From: Mesotaenium endlicherianum
Lineage: Eukaryota
Direction: 5' to 3'
NCBI GenBank assembly: GCA_009602735.1
Contig: WELA01001340.1
Span: 110,711 to 174,710 of the forward strand
DNA length: 64,000 nucleotides
A model generated the notes under the pieces. The model was not told where the DNA came from. It made no database searches and worked only from the letters and a program-made list of their open reading frames with translations. The position numbers were made by a program, and so were the translations under genes. Shown here piece after piece: positions 24,301-35,600 of this stretch (its first letter is position 1; the number at the start of each line of letters is the position of its first letter).

Positions 24301-25909
24301 GAAATGGAGGAATGGAGGGGAAACGAGACAAAAACAAATGGATTTTTGGAAGGTTCGTCCGAATGCACGCCGTGCAGCAGCCCTGTATCCCGGCCGTCGG
24401 TCTGGCGCGCTGCCGTGCAAGAGGTCTGCGGTCATTTGACTTCATTTCCGACCGGCTTGCTTGGCTGTCGACGTACGAGGCGACGAAAGCGAAGCGCTTC
24501 TCACGCCGGTCTGACATACCTGCATGCGCCGCGCCGGGCCGGGCCGGGCGGCTGTGGCGGGGACACGGGTGCGGGCGGTGGGCGGGCGGAGGGCGGCGGG
24601 CCGCAGGCGCATACAGCTGGGTGCGGCACCCGGTCTACTCCGGCATCCTCCTGGCAGCTCTGGGTGCGTGGCCGCGGACCCCGGCCTGCCTGTCTGTTAA
24701 CCCCTGAACCATGAACCCCTGAACCTCGAACCCTAACCCGAAGCTTTCAACTGACCTAGCCTAGCCGTAGCCTCGCGCACCCCACGCCTGCGGCAGTCGG
24801 TGCAGTGGGCCTGCGTGCCGTGCGCTAGGGTAGAGGCCCGCGACAACGACACCAGAGGGTGGGCTATGGGCTGTGGTGTGCTGTGCGCGGTATGCGATGT
24901 GCATTGTGGATACCTCGATATAAGGACGCAGCTCCTGAGGGCTTGCACCCCCTTCAGGCCTGCCGGGGAAAGCTCTGTCTGTGGGCCGGGGTGAGGCGCG
25001 TGCTGCCGGCCTGCTCGGAGGGGAGGTTGGGCCGGCGGTATTGAAATGGCNGGGGGTGGGGGGGGGGAGCAGAGGGAGAGGGAAGGGAGAGGGAGGGGCT
25101 CGCACCACAGGCTTGCCGCCAGCTTACACACTTACGATCCTCTGCATGCAGCCATTGGCCTCTGTCACTCGACTCCTGCCAGCCGCGCCCGATTGAGCAG
25201 CAAAGGGGGACCCCTTGCAATGAGGCGAGGGGCCGTGTCAGTGGTGGCCAAAAGGGTGCAGGGCCCCGGCGCGCCTTGCGCACTCGCGCGTGGCGCAAGT
25301 TCCATCAGAGTGTCATAGAAAAGAAACGGCGCAGCCGCGTTTGCAAGTTCCACCAGAGTGTCATAGAAAAGAAACGGCGCAGCCGCGTTTGCAAGTTCCA
25401 CCAGAGTGTCATAGAAAAGAAACGGCGCAGCCGCGTTTGCAAGTTCCACCAGTGTCATAGAAAAGAAATGGCGCAGCCGCGTTTGCAAGTTCCACCAGAG
25501 TGTCATAGAAAAGAAATGGCGCAGCCGCGTTTGCAAGTTCCACCAGAGTGTCATAGAAAAGAAACGGCGCAGCCGCGTTTGCAAGTGGGATTTGCCATGC
25601 GAGTGCTGGTGTCACAGCTTCGCTTCTCTGCCTCTCTTCTCTCTGCGTCTCTTTCCACGGCGAGAGTACGGCTGCGTTGAGCGGAGGGGAAGGGGTGCAG
25701 TGATGCATGTTAGGTTCTTGAGGTGTCATCAGGGGACAGCGCGGCCAACAAGGCGTGGGAAGCTGATGTGGCAGGAGGCGAGGGTGGATTGCTGCATGCT
25801 TGGCACTGCTCTGAGGGGGTGCGTTTCTTGCGGCTTTGGGGGCACTGTGGGGCAGGTTTGACAAAGTTGTCGTGCAGCCCCGCGCGTCTCATTTGCACCG
25901 TACGTCCCC

Positions 25910-25964
<55 letters not shown>

Positions 25965-27579
25965 CCCCCATTTCTGTCAGTCTGTATGTGCGTGTGCGTG
26001 TGCGTGTGCGTGTACATGTGCATGCGTGATATATGCATGCACACACAGACAAGGACGCCTAAAGATACACACTTGCAGCGAACACTGCCCACAGATGTTG
26101 GGTTTTGGCATGCGCTTTATACCGTCGTGTCCAACGTGCAGTTATTGGGACGGAGGGGTCACAATCTGGAATTATCAAGGTCAAATCGAATACAAGTTTC
26201 TTCTGCTTGCTTGCAACTTACAAAACACGTGGCGTGGTGTCAAACAGGTGAATGCAGCGCTCAAATTCTGTACTCATTCTTATGCTCATGCATGAGCTTG
26301 CTCGACTTTATATGTACAAGAGCACATCTACGTACGACACTGTGCGTGCGCATGTATGCGCGTGCCCTTGAGTGTGCGTGCGTGGCCGTGTGGCCGTGCG
26401 GCCGCGTGTGTCGCTGCATATGTGGGCCGTGTGTATTCTCTGTACCCTTGTGCTAGCTCACGTGCTCGTGCATGTGCGCACTCCCCTATGTTCCTGTGTG
26501 CTGTCACAAGCATGCTTGAACCTTCCCCATAAGGATCTACAAACGGTGGTGACCTTGACGACTTCTCTTCCCCCCTCCTGCTGGGTAGGCAGTGGACTGC
26601 TCCTGCAGCCAGCTGCCGTCCGCTCGCGCACTCATGCACCCCAGCCCCACCCGGTCACACTATCTCGCTGCAGGTGCATTCGGTTTTGGCATGCGGCGAT
26701 TGCTACACAGCAGATCCGCTTGCTCACGCAGGCAGGCCCGCCCTTCTTTAGCGCCCATTTCGATCGCCCTCGTCGTGCGACTGTCTCCTCCTCGAGTGGC
26801 TCTTCTTGACGCATCTCGGTTCCCTTGAAGGCGTGCTCTCCTTCCCACGTACCCATCCTGATCGTCTTGGTGCGCTCTGCCTCCCTTGACGGCGTGCTGG
26901 CGCTGGGCGGCGGCGGGCTGCGGGCGGCGGGCTGCAGGTGCTCCTCTGGGCGGCCCTGGAGAAGAAGGTGCGAGTGGAGGAGGGCTTCTTGGTGGAGCGG
27001 TTCGGGCAGAGCTACGAGGAGTACAAGAAGGCAAGTGTGGCGCTTGCGCTGGCGTTGGCTCTGGCTCTGGCTTTGGAGAACTGTTTGCCGCGTGCCTCCT
27101 GCCTTCCACACGTCACTATGTGCGCGGCGTGCACATGCTTGTCGTAGGATTGAGAGCCCGCTTGCTTGCTGTGCGTTGTGTATTCTGCGGCATCCGGAAT
27201 CAATAGGGCAAAGGGCACGAGTGCGACGGACATGCAGAGCTCCCGGTTTCTGAAATGCATGGCTGAAGTCTGCACCTTTGGGCTCGCGCTCGAGGTTGGA
27301 AGGTTCCTGAGAAGTAGTGTGGCCGTAATTTGTTGCACGCACATAGTGAGAGAGACCTTTTTCTCAACAAAGGGAGGGTCCAATCAGACTGGGTTTGGAG
27401 AGGAGTAGCCGGTACGCTTCTCTCCACTCTTGTTAGCGGCGGTTGTCTCCGCGTGTTCCTCAACTTTGCCGTGGTGGAATGGAAAAGCTGGGATGCATAG
27501 AATGACAATCCACTTGTTGTGCGTTTGTTGTGTTGTGTGTGTGCAGAGCGTGAAGAAGCTCGTGCCTTTCATCTACTGA
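21353..27579 (+). CDS. Isoprenylcysteine carboxyl methyltransferase (ICMT)/PEMT-family membrane methyltransferase, 7 exons
   Basis: Exons 21353-21666, 23059-23286, 23785-23864, 24607-24663, 25856-25899, 26938-27030 (GC donor gcaagt) and 27547-27579, all phase-compatible. Motifs: KRGEEWAALQVLL, LSPFPRP...LVKDGAYSWVRHPVYSGILL, EEGFLVERFGQSYEEYKKSVKKLVPFIY*. The GxYxxVRHPxY and EExxLxxxFGxxYxxY motifs are typical of this family. An additional exon inside gap 22564-22996 cannot be excluded. Confidence 0.88.
25295..25586. repeat. 48-bp minisatellite, 6 near-identical copies, in an intron of the methyltransferase gene
   Basis: Unit GCAAGTTCCACCAGAGTGTCATAGAAAAGAAACGGCGCAGCCGCGTTT starts at 25295, 25343, 25391, 25439 (2-bp deletion), 25485 and 25533. 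Head-to-tail with no spacers. Confidence 0.95.
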
Positions 27580-28809
27580 CGAAGGGGGGGCGCGCATGAT
27601 GCTTGTTATGCATCTCAGTGCCTCAGTGTCAGTGTTCGCACTCGTGTCTCGTGTCATAGCTTGTACTAGACGTTCCGCAAATGGTTTTTCCATGGATATT
27701 GTGCATAAGTAGTAAGTACCCTTTGCGAGTATTGACATCCTATCACTTGAGCAATGGTAGCAGCCCTCCGTTGCAATGTGTCCTTGTATTCTAATTTATC
27801 GCCTTGCAATTGTGGTTACAGTCTTCGGCATATTTTGTCCAAACGGGGTGAGGGCAAGTTTCAATGTTGAATTTCATTACTCCCCACCATGTTAGTAAGG
27901 TAGCAGATTTGAAAGTTGTGACATTTTTTTCAATACGACCTTGAATTGACACCCTCGTTGCAACCACTTACATGCCCTGCAAAAGCTGAGTGGTGCGAGG
28001 CCCTAATACCGCAAGCAGCTGATAGTGACAAGGGGCATGCATCGACTTGGTGTTGACCATCCTCCTCGTTAGTCTAGCGATTTTCAATGGATAGTTGAAG
28101 CTATGCGTCAGACTGGGCGCGAAGAAGCTGCAAGAAGTTGAAGCCATGGAGGAGCGGCTCAACATGCCCGGTTGCACCAACTGAGCATGCACACACAAGC
28201 TGGTCCAGACGAGGCACATGCATATTCAGCTGCTGTGGGATTGTTGATCTGGTATGCTGAGACGAGGAGTGGGCCGTATTGAAAGCATATCCACATGGGC
28301 GACGCTGTTGATCATCATCTGTTGAATAAGGGCATATAAAAATCTTTGATCACTACATTCCTAAATACGACCTGATGCTAACCCTAATGGCTGCAGTCTA
28401 GAGCAGGTCAGTAAGACGATGCTCCAAAAGTTCTCAATAACCTCTAACAGAGGGACGTACAAATGAGTAGCAAATCTATCTCCTGCACTACATGCTCGAG
28501 TATGTACGTTGCAAATACAGGCTCTCTCTTCTTATATCAGCAAGCACTGGCGGGCATGCTGTCAAAAAGGCTATTACCTGCCCTTGCCAACTTCATCAAA
28601 CGACCTACAGCAGATAACAAGAGGGTGGTGGTATTGAAATACGCTCATTCTGTACCCTAGAACGAGCCACAATAATAAACCTAACATGCTATATATTGCT
28701 GAAACGGGTCAGGCACAAGAAGACAAGCCTCGTGCTTCTCTCCCTCTCCCCCTCACTCCGACTTGACTAGTATGGACGTGGAGAGATCAAAAGATAAATA
28801 GAGAGCAGC

Positions 28810-30318
28810 CTAGCTGACTCTGCTGGGCGCCGCCGCCGGCAAGGGGGCTGCGAGGGGGTCCTGGGGCACGCCAGCTGGCAGGGGCGAGGAGGCACGCCTG
28901 TCAGCCAGCTCCAACTCCTCCTTGGAAGCCACCTGCCCTCCCCCCGCCGCATCGTCTTCCGGCACCTCCACAATAGTGTCCGGGTGGGCCAGCCCCTTGA
29001 CGCCACCTGTCGCCCCGGGCGCACCGCCCTCGCTGCGGACGAAGAATCGGCTCTCGGCGATCTCGTAGTGCTCGGCGGTGCGGACCTCCTGGCAGAGCGC
29101 GCACAGCGAGCAGAAGAGCCAGGTGGCGCAGTCGGAGGCGTTGGCGTGGCCGCAGCAGAGCCTGCTGGGCGGCAGCCGGTACACCTGGCGCATCTGGATC
29201 CGCCAGTAGCCCCCGTAGAGCAGCCCCAGCACCGACGCGACAATCCCCACCCCCCCGAGGATCGTGCGCGTCTTGGTGTCGTTCAGGTTGATGGCCGAGA
29301 GGTCGAAGATGAGGAAGGGAGCGAACACGAAGAGCGCAAACGTCACCATGTGCACGAACTTGTTGCCGAAGCCGAGGCGCTCCTGGTTGCAGCCGTGGAT
29401 GCAGAAGCAGCAGAGCGCACTGAGGTAGCACACGCGCACGTTGTCACAGCAGCCGAGCACCAGGCCCCCCTGCCATTCGGGGTCCGCGATCTCCCGGTGG
29501 CTGTGGTAGAACGAGCGCGAACGCTCCAGCATGGACTTGCGCCGCGTGAGCTCCGCGTCCTTCATGCCAGGGACCTCCTCCTCCCCCAGGTCTACCTCGC
29601 TGTAGTCGCGGCCCAGGGGGCTGAGGCTGTTGTACAGCCCTGCGACTGCGGGGAATCCGATGGCCCCCGTGACGAACACGCCCACGAGGATGGCTGGGCG
29701 GTCATGGCGCGTGAAGGCCCAGTTGACAGCTGCCATGCCGTACTGGAAGATGCAGTTGAGGTGCAGGCACACGTTGACGACAAGCATGTGCTTCCACTCG
29801 TTGGGCTTGCGCAGGCCGTCCTTGCTGTAGAGCTTGCGCATGCGCAGCACGTCCGCGGGCTGCCACCTGGCGAGGTAGATGGACGCGCGGATGCGCCCCG
29901 GGTGCAGCACCAGGCACATGAAGGTGAAGAGCGCCGAGAGGATCTGGCTGCACACCTCGAACCACGTGTTCCGCTGGCTCTTCTTCTTCAGCTGCGCGTT
30001 CAGCATGCCCGTCATGACCAGGAACAGGATGGCGCCAGAAATGGTCACCAAGATGATCCATATCAGGAGCGCAATGTTGAGGGGGCTCCGGAGCCACAGC
30101 TTGGTGTCGCGCCAGAGGTCCACCCACAGCACCTGGCCATATATGGGGACCTTAATTCCCTGCTTTAGCGATAGCGACGCGTCGTCCGGCACCTGCTGCG
30201 ACACCTTCTCGGCCTCTTCTGCCCTCTCCTGCAACGAAGCTAGGACGCTCTTTGACTTAGTCAACTTCTTCGTTTGTAACAACGCGTTCGGTGGAGGCTC
30301 TGCTTTAGCCGACTCCAT
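28810..30318 (-). CDS. PLAC8-family Cys-rich membrane protein with an N-terminal DUF2985-like region, single exon, 502 aa
   Basis: Uninterrupted ATG-TAG ORF with strong GC3 bias. It contains WLRSPLNIALLIWI..VTISGAILFLVMTGMLN, EVCSQILSALFT, W.GGL..CCDN...CYLSALCCFC..G.N.ERLGFG, WRIQMR.VYRLP and CALCQEVRT, as in plant PLAC8/DUF2985 proteins. Confidence 0.92.
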   Translation of the reverse strand: MESAKAEPPPNALLQTKKLTKSKSVLASLQERAEEAEKVSQQVPDDASLSLKQGIKVPIYGQVLWVDLWRDTKLWLRSPLNIALLIWIILVTISGAILFLVMTGMLNAQLKKKSQRNTWFEVCSQILSALFTFMCLVLHPGRIRASIYLARWQPADVLRMRKLYSKDGLRKPNEWKHMLVVNVCLHLNCIFQYGMAAVNWAFTRHDRPAILVGVFVTGAIGFPAVAGLYNSLSPLGRDYSEVDLGEEEVPGMKDAELTRRKSMLERSRSFYHSHREIADPEWQGGLVLGCCDNVRVCYLSALCCFCIHGCNQERLGFGNKFVHMVTFALFVFAPFLIFDLSAINLNDTKTRTILGGVGIVASVLGLLYGGYWRIQMRQVYRLPPSRLCCGHANASDCATWLFCSLCALCQEVRTAEHYEIAESRFFVRSEGGAPGATGGVKGLAHPDTIVEVPEDDAAGGGQVASKEELELADRRASSPLPAGVPQDPLAAPLPAAAPSRVS

Positions 30319-32621
30319 AATGTGGCGGCACTGGATGACTATTCGCTATGCGAAAGGTTCTCCTGCCTAAAGTTCTAGTCTACTATTTCGATCCAGCCCA
30401 GGAATGCCGGTGCTGGACGCCAAGGCGAGAGCCATTCACCGAGTCAGTACGACTATCACGATAGCATAATGAGAGACCTTAAGAATGTACTCCACGTACT
30501 ACGCTCGACTACAAATTTTGCAACCTTTCACGTTATGCACATACCCTAGTTCTGTGTTTCCTCCCACTACTTTGCCTCACATCACGGCCCCCTCTCTGTT
30601 TAGCAAGTCGGGCTCAAAATTGAAATGTTCGTCACTCCCACATCTCATGGGTGCACTAGTAGAGCAGTCGGTCCATATACCATGGGGGGGAAGCTTCTGT
30701 GATTTGGAATATAATATGGCAAAACTGCTCAAGGGTTTCTAATCGCCAAACATTGACAAACCAAATTATAAACTCGCTTCGGTAGCAAATTTCACAAAGA
30801 TGATCAGCCAGACATCATAAATAGAGTAGATATTTAAATGACCGGTAATAATATTGCCAGTTTTCCCACGGTCAGACCATCTTGGACGTCGAATGTCAGA
30901 CGAGTCTCGTCGAGCTTAGGGACTCACGCTGGGCCCCACTGGGGCCCCCACCATTTTCACGTGACTACGAGATCTGACGAGATCGAGGCGGATTGAGACC
31001 GATCGGAGCGCATCTGGCGCCTGCTGTGCAGTGCATGAGCTTGCTGCTGCCTGCTGCTGTGCGGGGTAGCGGATGCGCATCAAAGTACGTAATGACAAGG
31101 GATGGCATTGCATTACATTGCATGGCATGATGCATGGCGTTCCGCTGTGGACCAGCTCTGGACCACTCTGAACCAGCTTTGGACCTGGTGCCTGGTCCTG
31201 ATCGTGGGACCTGTCTGAACTGGTCTGGACCTGTCACACAAAGCTGCTGCCCACTGCTGCCCATAACAGGCCCATAACGGTAACCAGGCGGTGGTCAAAC
31301 AAGTCTTCTTGTTGACTCTGATAACGTTAGTCCACTCCTGGTCCAGTCAAGTCCAGTGCCACACAGCACCCCACAGTGCCCAGTGGTACGTCTCTACCAA
31401 ACCCTACCCAACCGCTCATTTCTACTCGATGGCCATGCATGGCTGCTAGTCCTCTACCTTTTTGCGCATTGAACTTGCTAGCACTGTCTTATTCTGAGTC
31501 GCCATTCTTCTTTACCGAGAAAAGAAACAGGCTATATTTAGGGACTTATAACTTGTATTGAGCCCAATTGAGCCTTTGTGAAGTCTCAAAGAAGAGAGAT
31601 AAGAACATTTCCATTCAAGCAGTTTTGCCACTTGCACACTTGGCAAATGATTATCGTATGTTCTCTCATTTTCAAATTTTGATGAAATAGTGTGTTCCAT
31701 ACTTGGCAATAAGCATGTTCATATTAATGCACTGAAAAGGAAGGCTTACATTGTGACACATTCACGCTCCCAAAAATGAACGCGATCATGAGAAGCATTG
31801 GGAAAGACACGATATGTAAGTCATGCAAAAGTATATTCACCTACCCCAGATAGCGACTTGCTAACTTCTATTGGTAGAGTCGATAACACTGCACATGCGG
31901 CATCTTTTCTTACACGAATCTAATGGCATGTAACCCCAAATTTACAGAGAGCATGATTGCTTATATAATTGAGGACACAACTATGTGTTTGGACTTCCAG
32001 CAACGCTGGGCACTATGCGTGCCACAACTATTTATGTATTATATGGATCTTGCATTCCACGTCACCGTCAAGGCCACCCTAATCACCACTTGCTTGTCGC
32101 AAAATTAATTCTATAGGTAAAGCATATAAACATCACGCCTATGCACACAACAACGCCACAGCACCAACCACTATGAGTTGATGTGAGAAATTTCTGTATC
32201 GAATATGCAATTTCACAGTCGAAAATGCAGTGAATGCACACAAGCTCATAGCCCAGCAACTGCCCGCAATTAGCTTAAGCGTTGGCTGCCACATAATTAT
32301 AACGTCATCCCAAGGCAGCCCATGGAGAAGAAAGTGCGAGTACTAGTGCCAAATTTGTGTGCCATAACTACGAGCCCGTCTAACGGAGGCTTACGGGAGC
32401 CTCCAGCAGCTAGAGGTGAGCCACAGGAGGCACAAGCTCACGCACACACAATGAAAGAAGGCTCTCGAACGAAAGCTCAAACGGCTTGGAACTCGCCAGC
32501 GTCCTGCTAGTGGTGCCGCCGCTCGTCAGAGTGGTCACCGACCTGCTCCGTACATTTCGCCCACAAATGCATCATCCGATTATCCTCTGCTTGCGCCCCG
32601 GCGCCGACTCTCCGTGAGCTC

Positions 32622-35600
32622 TCATCCTGATCCGCCAGCACTGCCACCGCTGCTACCAATGCCACCACCGTCGCCTCCCACAGGCTCAAGCGTGAAAGCT
32701 CCCCCCTCTTCTGCATTCTCCACCTCGGAAGCCCCCAATTCAAATTCTCTCATCTCCTCCTCCTGACGCTCCTCCAATCCCGCGCTGCCACCTCCCGCAG
32801 CCGCCTCCGAGGCCGTAGCAGCTGCCGTTGGATCCTGCTCCAGCTCCGGTGCCGGTGCCGGTGCCAGTGCCGCTTCGGAAGCTGCAACGGCGGCGCCAGG
32901 TGGCGGTGGCCCCGCGCTGGCGGGCCGCTCGCGAATGAGGCACGGCGGGACGGAGGGCCGGAAGTCCTGCGGGGCGCGCGACTCGAAGAGGATGAGGCCG
33001 TTGAGATTGATGACGTGCTGCGCCACCTTCTGCTTCAGCACCTGGTAGTGCTTGTCCTTAGTCAGCAGCCGCTCCTGCCGCCGCGCCTCCACCTCCGCGC
33101 GCCGCCGCGCGCGCTCCTCCTCGCTCACCTTCTCCTTCGCCGCCGCCCGCGGGACGCCTGGCAGGGGCGGCGCCNNNNNNNNNNNNNNNNNNNNNNNNNN
33201 NNNNNNNNNNNNNNNNNNNNNNNNNNNNNNNNNCCGCTTGCGCTCGCGCCGCCGCTCCTTGGCCGCCGCCTTCTCGCGGGCGGCGGCCGCCGCTGCCCGC
33301 TTCTGCTGCTTCCTTGCCTCTTTCTCTGCCCGCCTGGCAATCGCATCCCCGCTCGGCGCCGCCGTGCCTCCGCTCGTGTGCTCCGGGCCGGGCGGCGGAG
33401 GTGCGCTCCCGCCACCAGTCCCGACCCCGCCAGCTGTCGAGCCCCCCCATACAGCGTCGGGCCCTGTGAGGTGGGAGGGGGGGGGAGGGACAGGCGGTGG
33501 CGTCAACCCTGCACCTCCCCCCCACTCGGGCGGCTGCATGTAGGACGGCTGGTGCTGGCCCAGGAGAGGGCTTGCCCCGTGGTAGTTACGGAAATGAGGC
33601 ACTTGGGGGATGTGCGCAAACTGGTGGTGGGGCATTGCTGCCACCCACTGGTCCTGCTGCGCCACGCCCGTCAGGCCCACCACGCCCGCTTGGGCTGGCC
33701 TGGCGGGCGGCGGCGCAACCTGCAGCATCTGCGCCCCCCTGGCAGCGGCAGCAAGCTCGCCGACCGCAGCTGCGCCGGCAGTTGAGTTGGAACCGTTTGC
33801 ACCCCTTCCGGCAACACCTGGCGGCCCGTGCATGCCCAGCTGGTCGGCTCCCCCCCCCGCAGCAGCGGGAACGTAGGCAGCACCTGGCAGGTATGAAGAC
33901 AAGAGCGGGTACGACCCGCTGAACGCTGGCGGTGCAGCTGGGCCCAGGACGGGGTGGTGGCTGGCTGCAGCAGGCGCCGCCACTGGCCAGCTCAAGCCCG
34001 TGGCGACATTTTGCGGCAGCACTGGAGCCGATGCTGGCGGCGCGGCTGCTGATGTGGACGCAGGCCCTGGGACCGTCACGTCAGGTCTGACGTCAATCAC
34101 ATCCCCCTGTCTGAGCTTGCGCGGCCTGCCCCGCTTGCGCGTTGTTGGCTCTGCGGGGGAGCTCGGGGCTGCGCCAGTTGGCGTCACGGTGGGCACGACA
34201 GGAGCCACAGGGAGTGGGCCAGGTGGCAATACAGATGGCACCGGAGAGGCCTCTGGCAATCGGGCCCTGGTGCGAGGTGGCGGCGAGTTGATGTCTGACG
34301 GCACCGGGTGCGCCCGTGGGCCTTCCAACGGCAAGCCCGTCGCCCTGCTAGCGGCACTGCCACCTGGCGCAACCTCGCCCCCCGCCTCCGTGCTGACATG
34401 CATGGTGGCCACCTGGTGCGGACCCCCCCGTTTTCTTGGCGGCTGCGGCACCAAGAAGTCCCAAGACCTGTCACGAGGTGTCGTCTCATTGCCTCTCCCA
34501 CTACCGCCACCTGTCGCAACGTCATTGCTGAACCGCCGCCGCGTGGCGCGCTCCTCGGCGAGGTGAACATCTGGCGGGCGCTTGGAGCGTTGGCTGCTGC
34601 CTCCCCCCCCGCCATCTGGCGCACTTCCGTTGCTGGGCCGCCGCACGGCAGGATCTTCCGGGAGGTGGACATCTGGCGCGCGCTTGGAGCGTGAGCCGCT
34701 GCCTCCCGCCATCTGGGCGCTACCGTTGGTGGCCTGCCGCGTGGCGGGCTCCTCGACGAAATAACCACCCGATGCGCGCTTGGAGCGCGCGCCGCTGCCT
34801 CTCCCGCTGCCACCTGTCATGTCCGGCTCCAGCTGCTGCAGGTCCTCCTCCATGACCATGGCCTCCAGCAACATCTTGGACGGCAGCGGCTGCCCCGCGT
34901 GGCGCTCGTAGGCAACCTCCAGCTGGCGCACCCTGACCTCCGCATCTGCCAGCTGTTTCTTCAGCTTGCGTAACTCGGCCTCCTCTGCCTTGAGAAAGTC
35001 TCGCTGCAGCATCAGGCTACTCCTGAGAACAACTCCCACGCCCACACCCAGCTAGCTCATATGTTTTAGCAAAGGGCTCGTCAAGGTTCAGGTCTGGGGT
35101 TTGCGGTTGCCAAGCCCACGCCCAGGTCAACCCCAAGGCATGCAGCAATCTGGCGGGCAGCCCAAGCATGTCTGAATGCGTTCATGCAAAACTCACACCC
35201 CCCCGCCCCTCCCCTCCCCCTCCCNNNNNNNNNNNNNNNNNNNNNNNNNNNNNNNNNNNNNNNNNNNNNNNNNNNNNNNNNNNNNNNNNNNNNNNNNNNN
35301 NNNNNNNNNNNNNNNNNNNNNNNNNNNNNNNNNNNNNNNNNNNNNNNNNNNNNNNNNNNNNNNNNNNNNNNNNNNNNNNNNNNNNNNNNNNNNNNNNNNN
35401 NNNNNNNNNNNNNNNNNNNNNNNNNNNNNNNNNNNNNNNNNNNNNNNNNNNNNNNNNNNNNNNNNNNNNNNNNNNNNNNNNNNNNNNNNNNNNNNNNNNN
35501 NNNNNNNNNNNNNNNNNNNNNNNNNNNNNNNNNNNNNNNNNNNNNNNNNNNNNNNNNNNNNNNNNNNNNNNNNNNNNNNNNNNNNNNNNNNNNNNNNNNN

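Noticed and set aside
25295..25586. CRISPR-like array
   Set aside because: Units are contiguous with no unique spacers, there are no cas genes, and it lies in a eukaryotic intron. It is a minisatellite.
28984..30370. Plus-strand 394-aa and 163-aa ORFs
   Set aside because: Antisense shadows of the GC3-rich PLAC8 gene.
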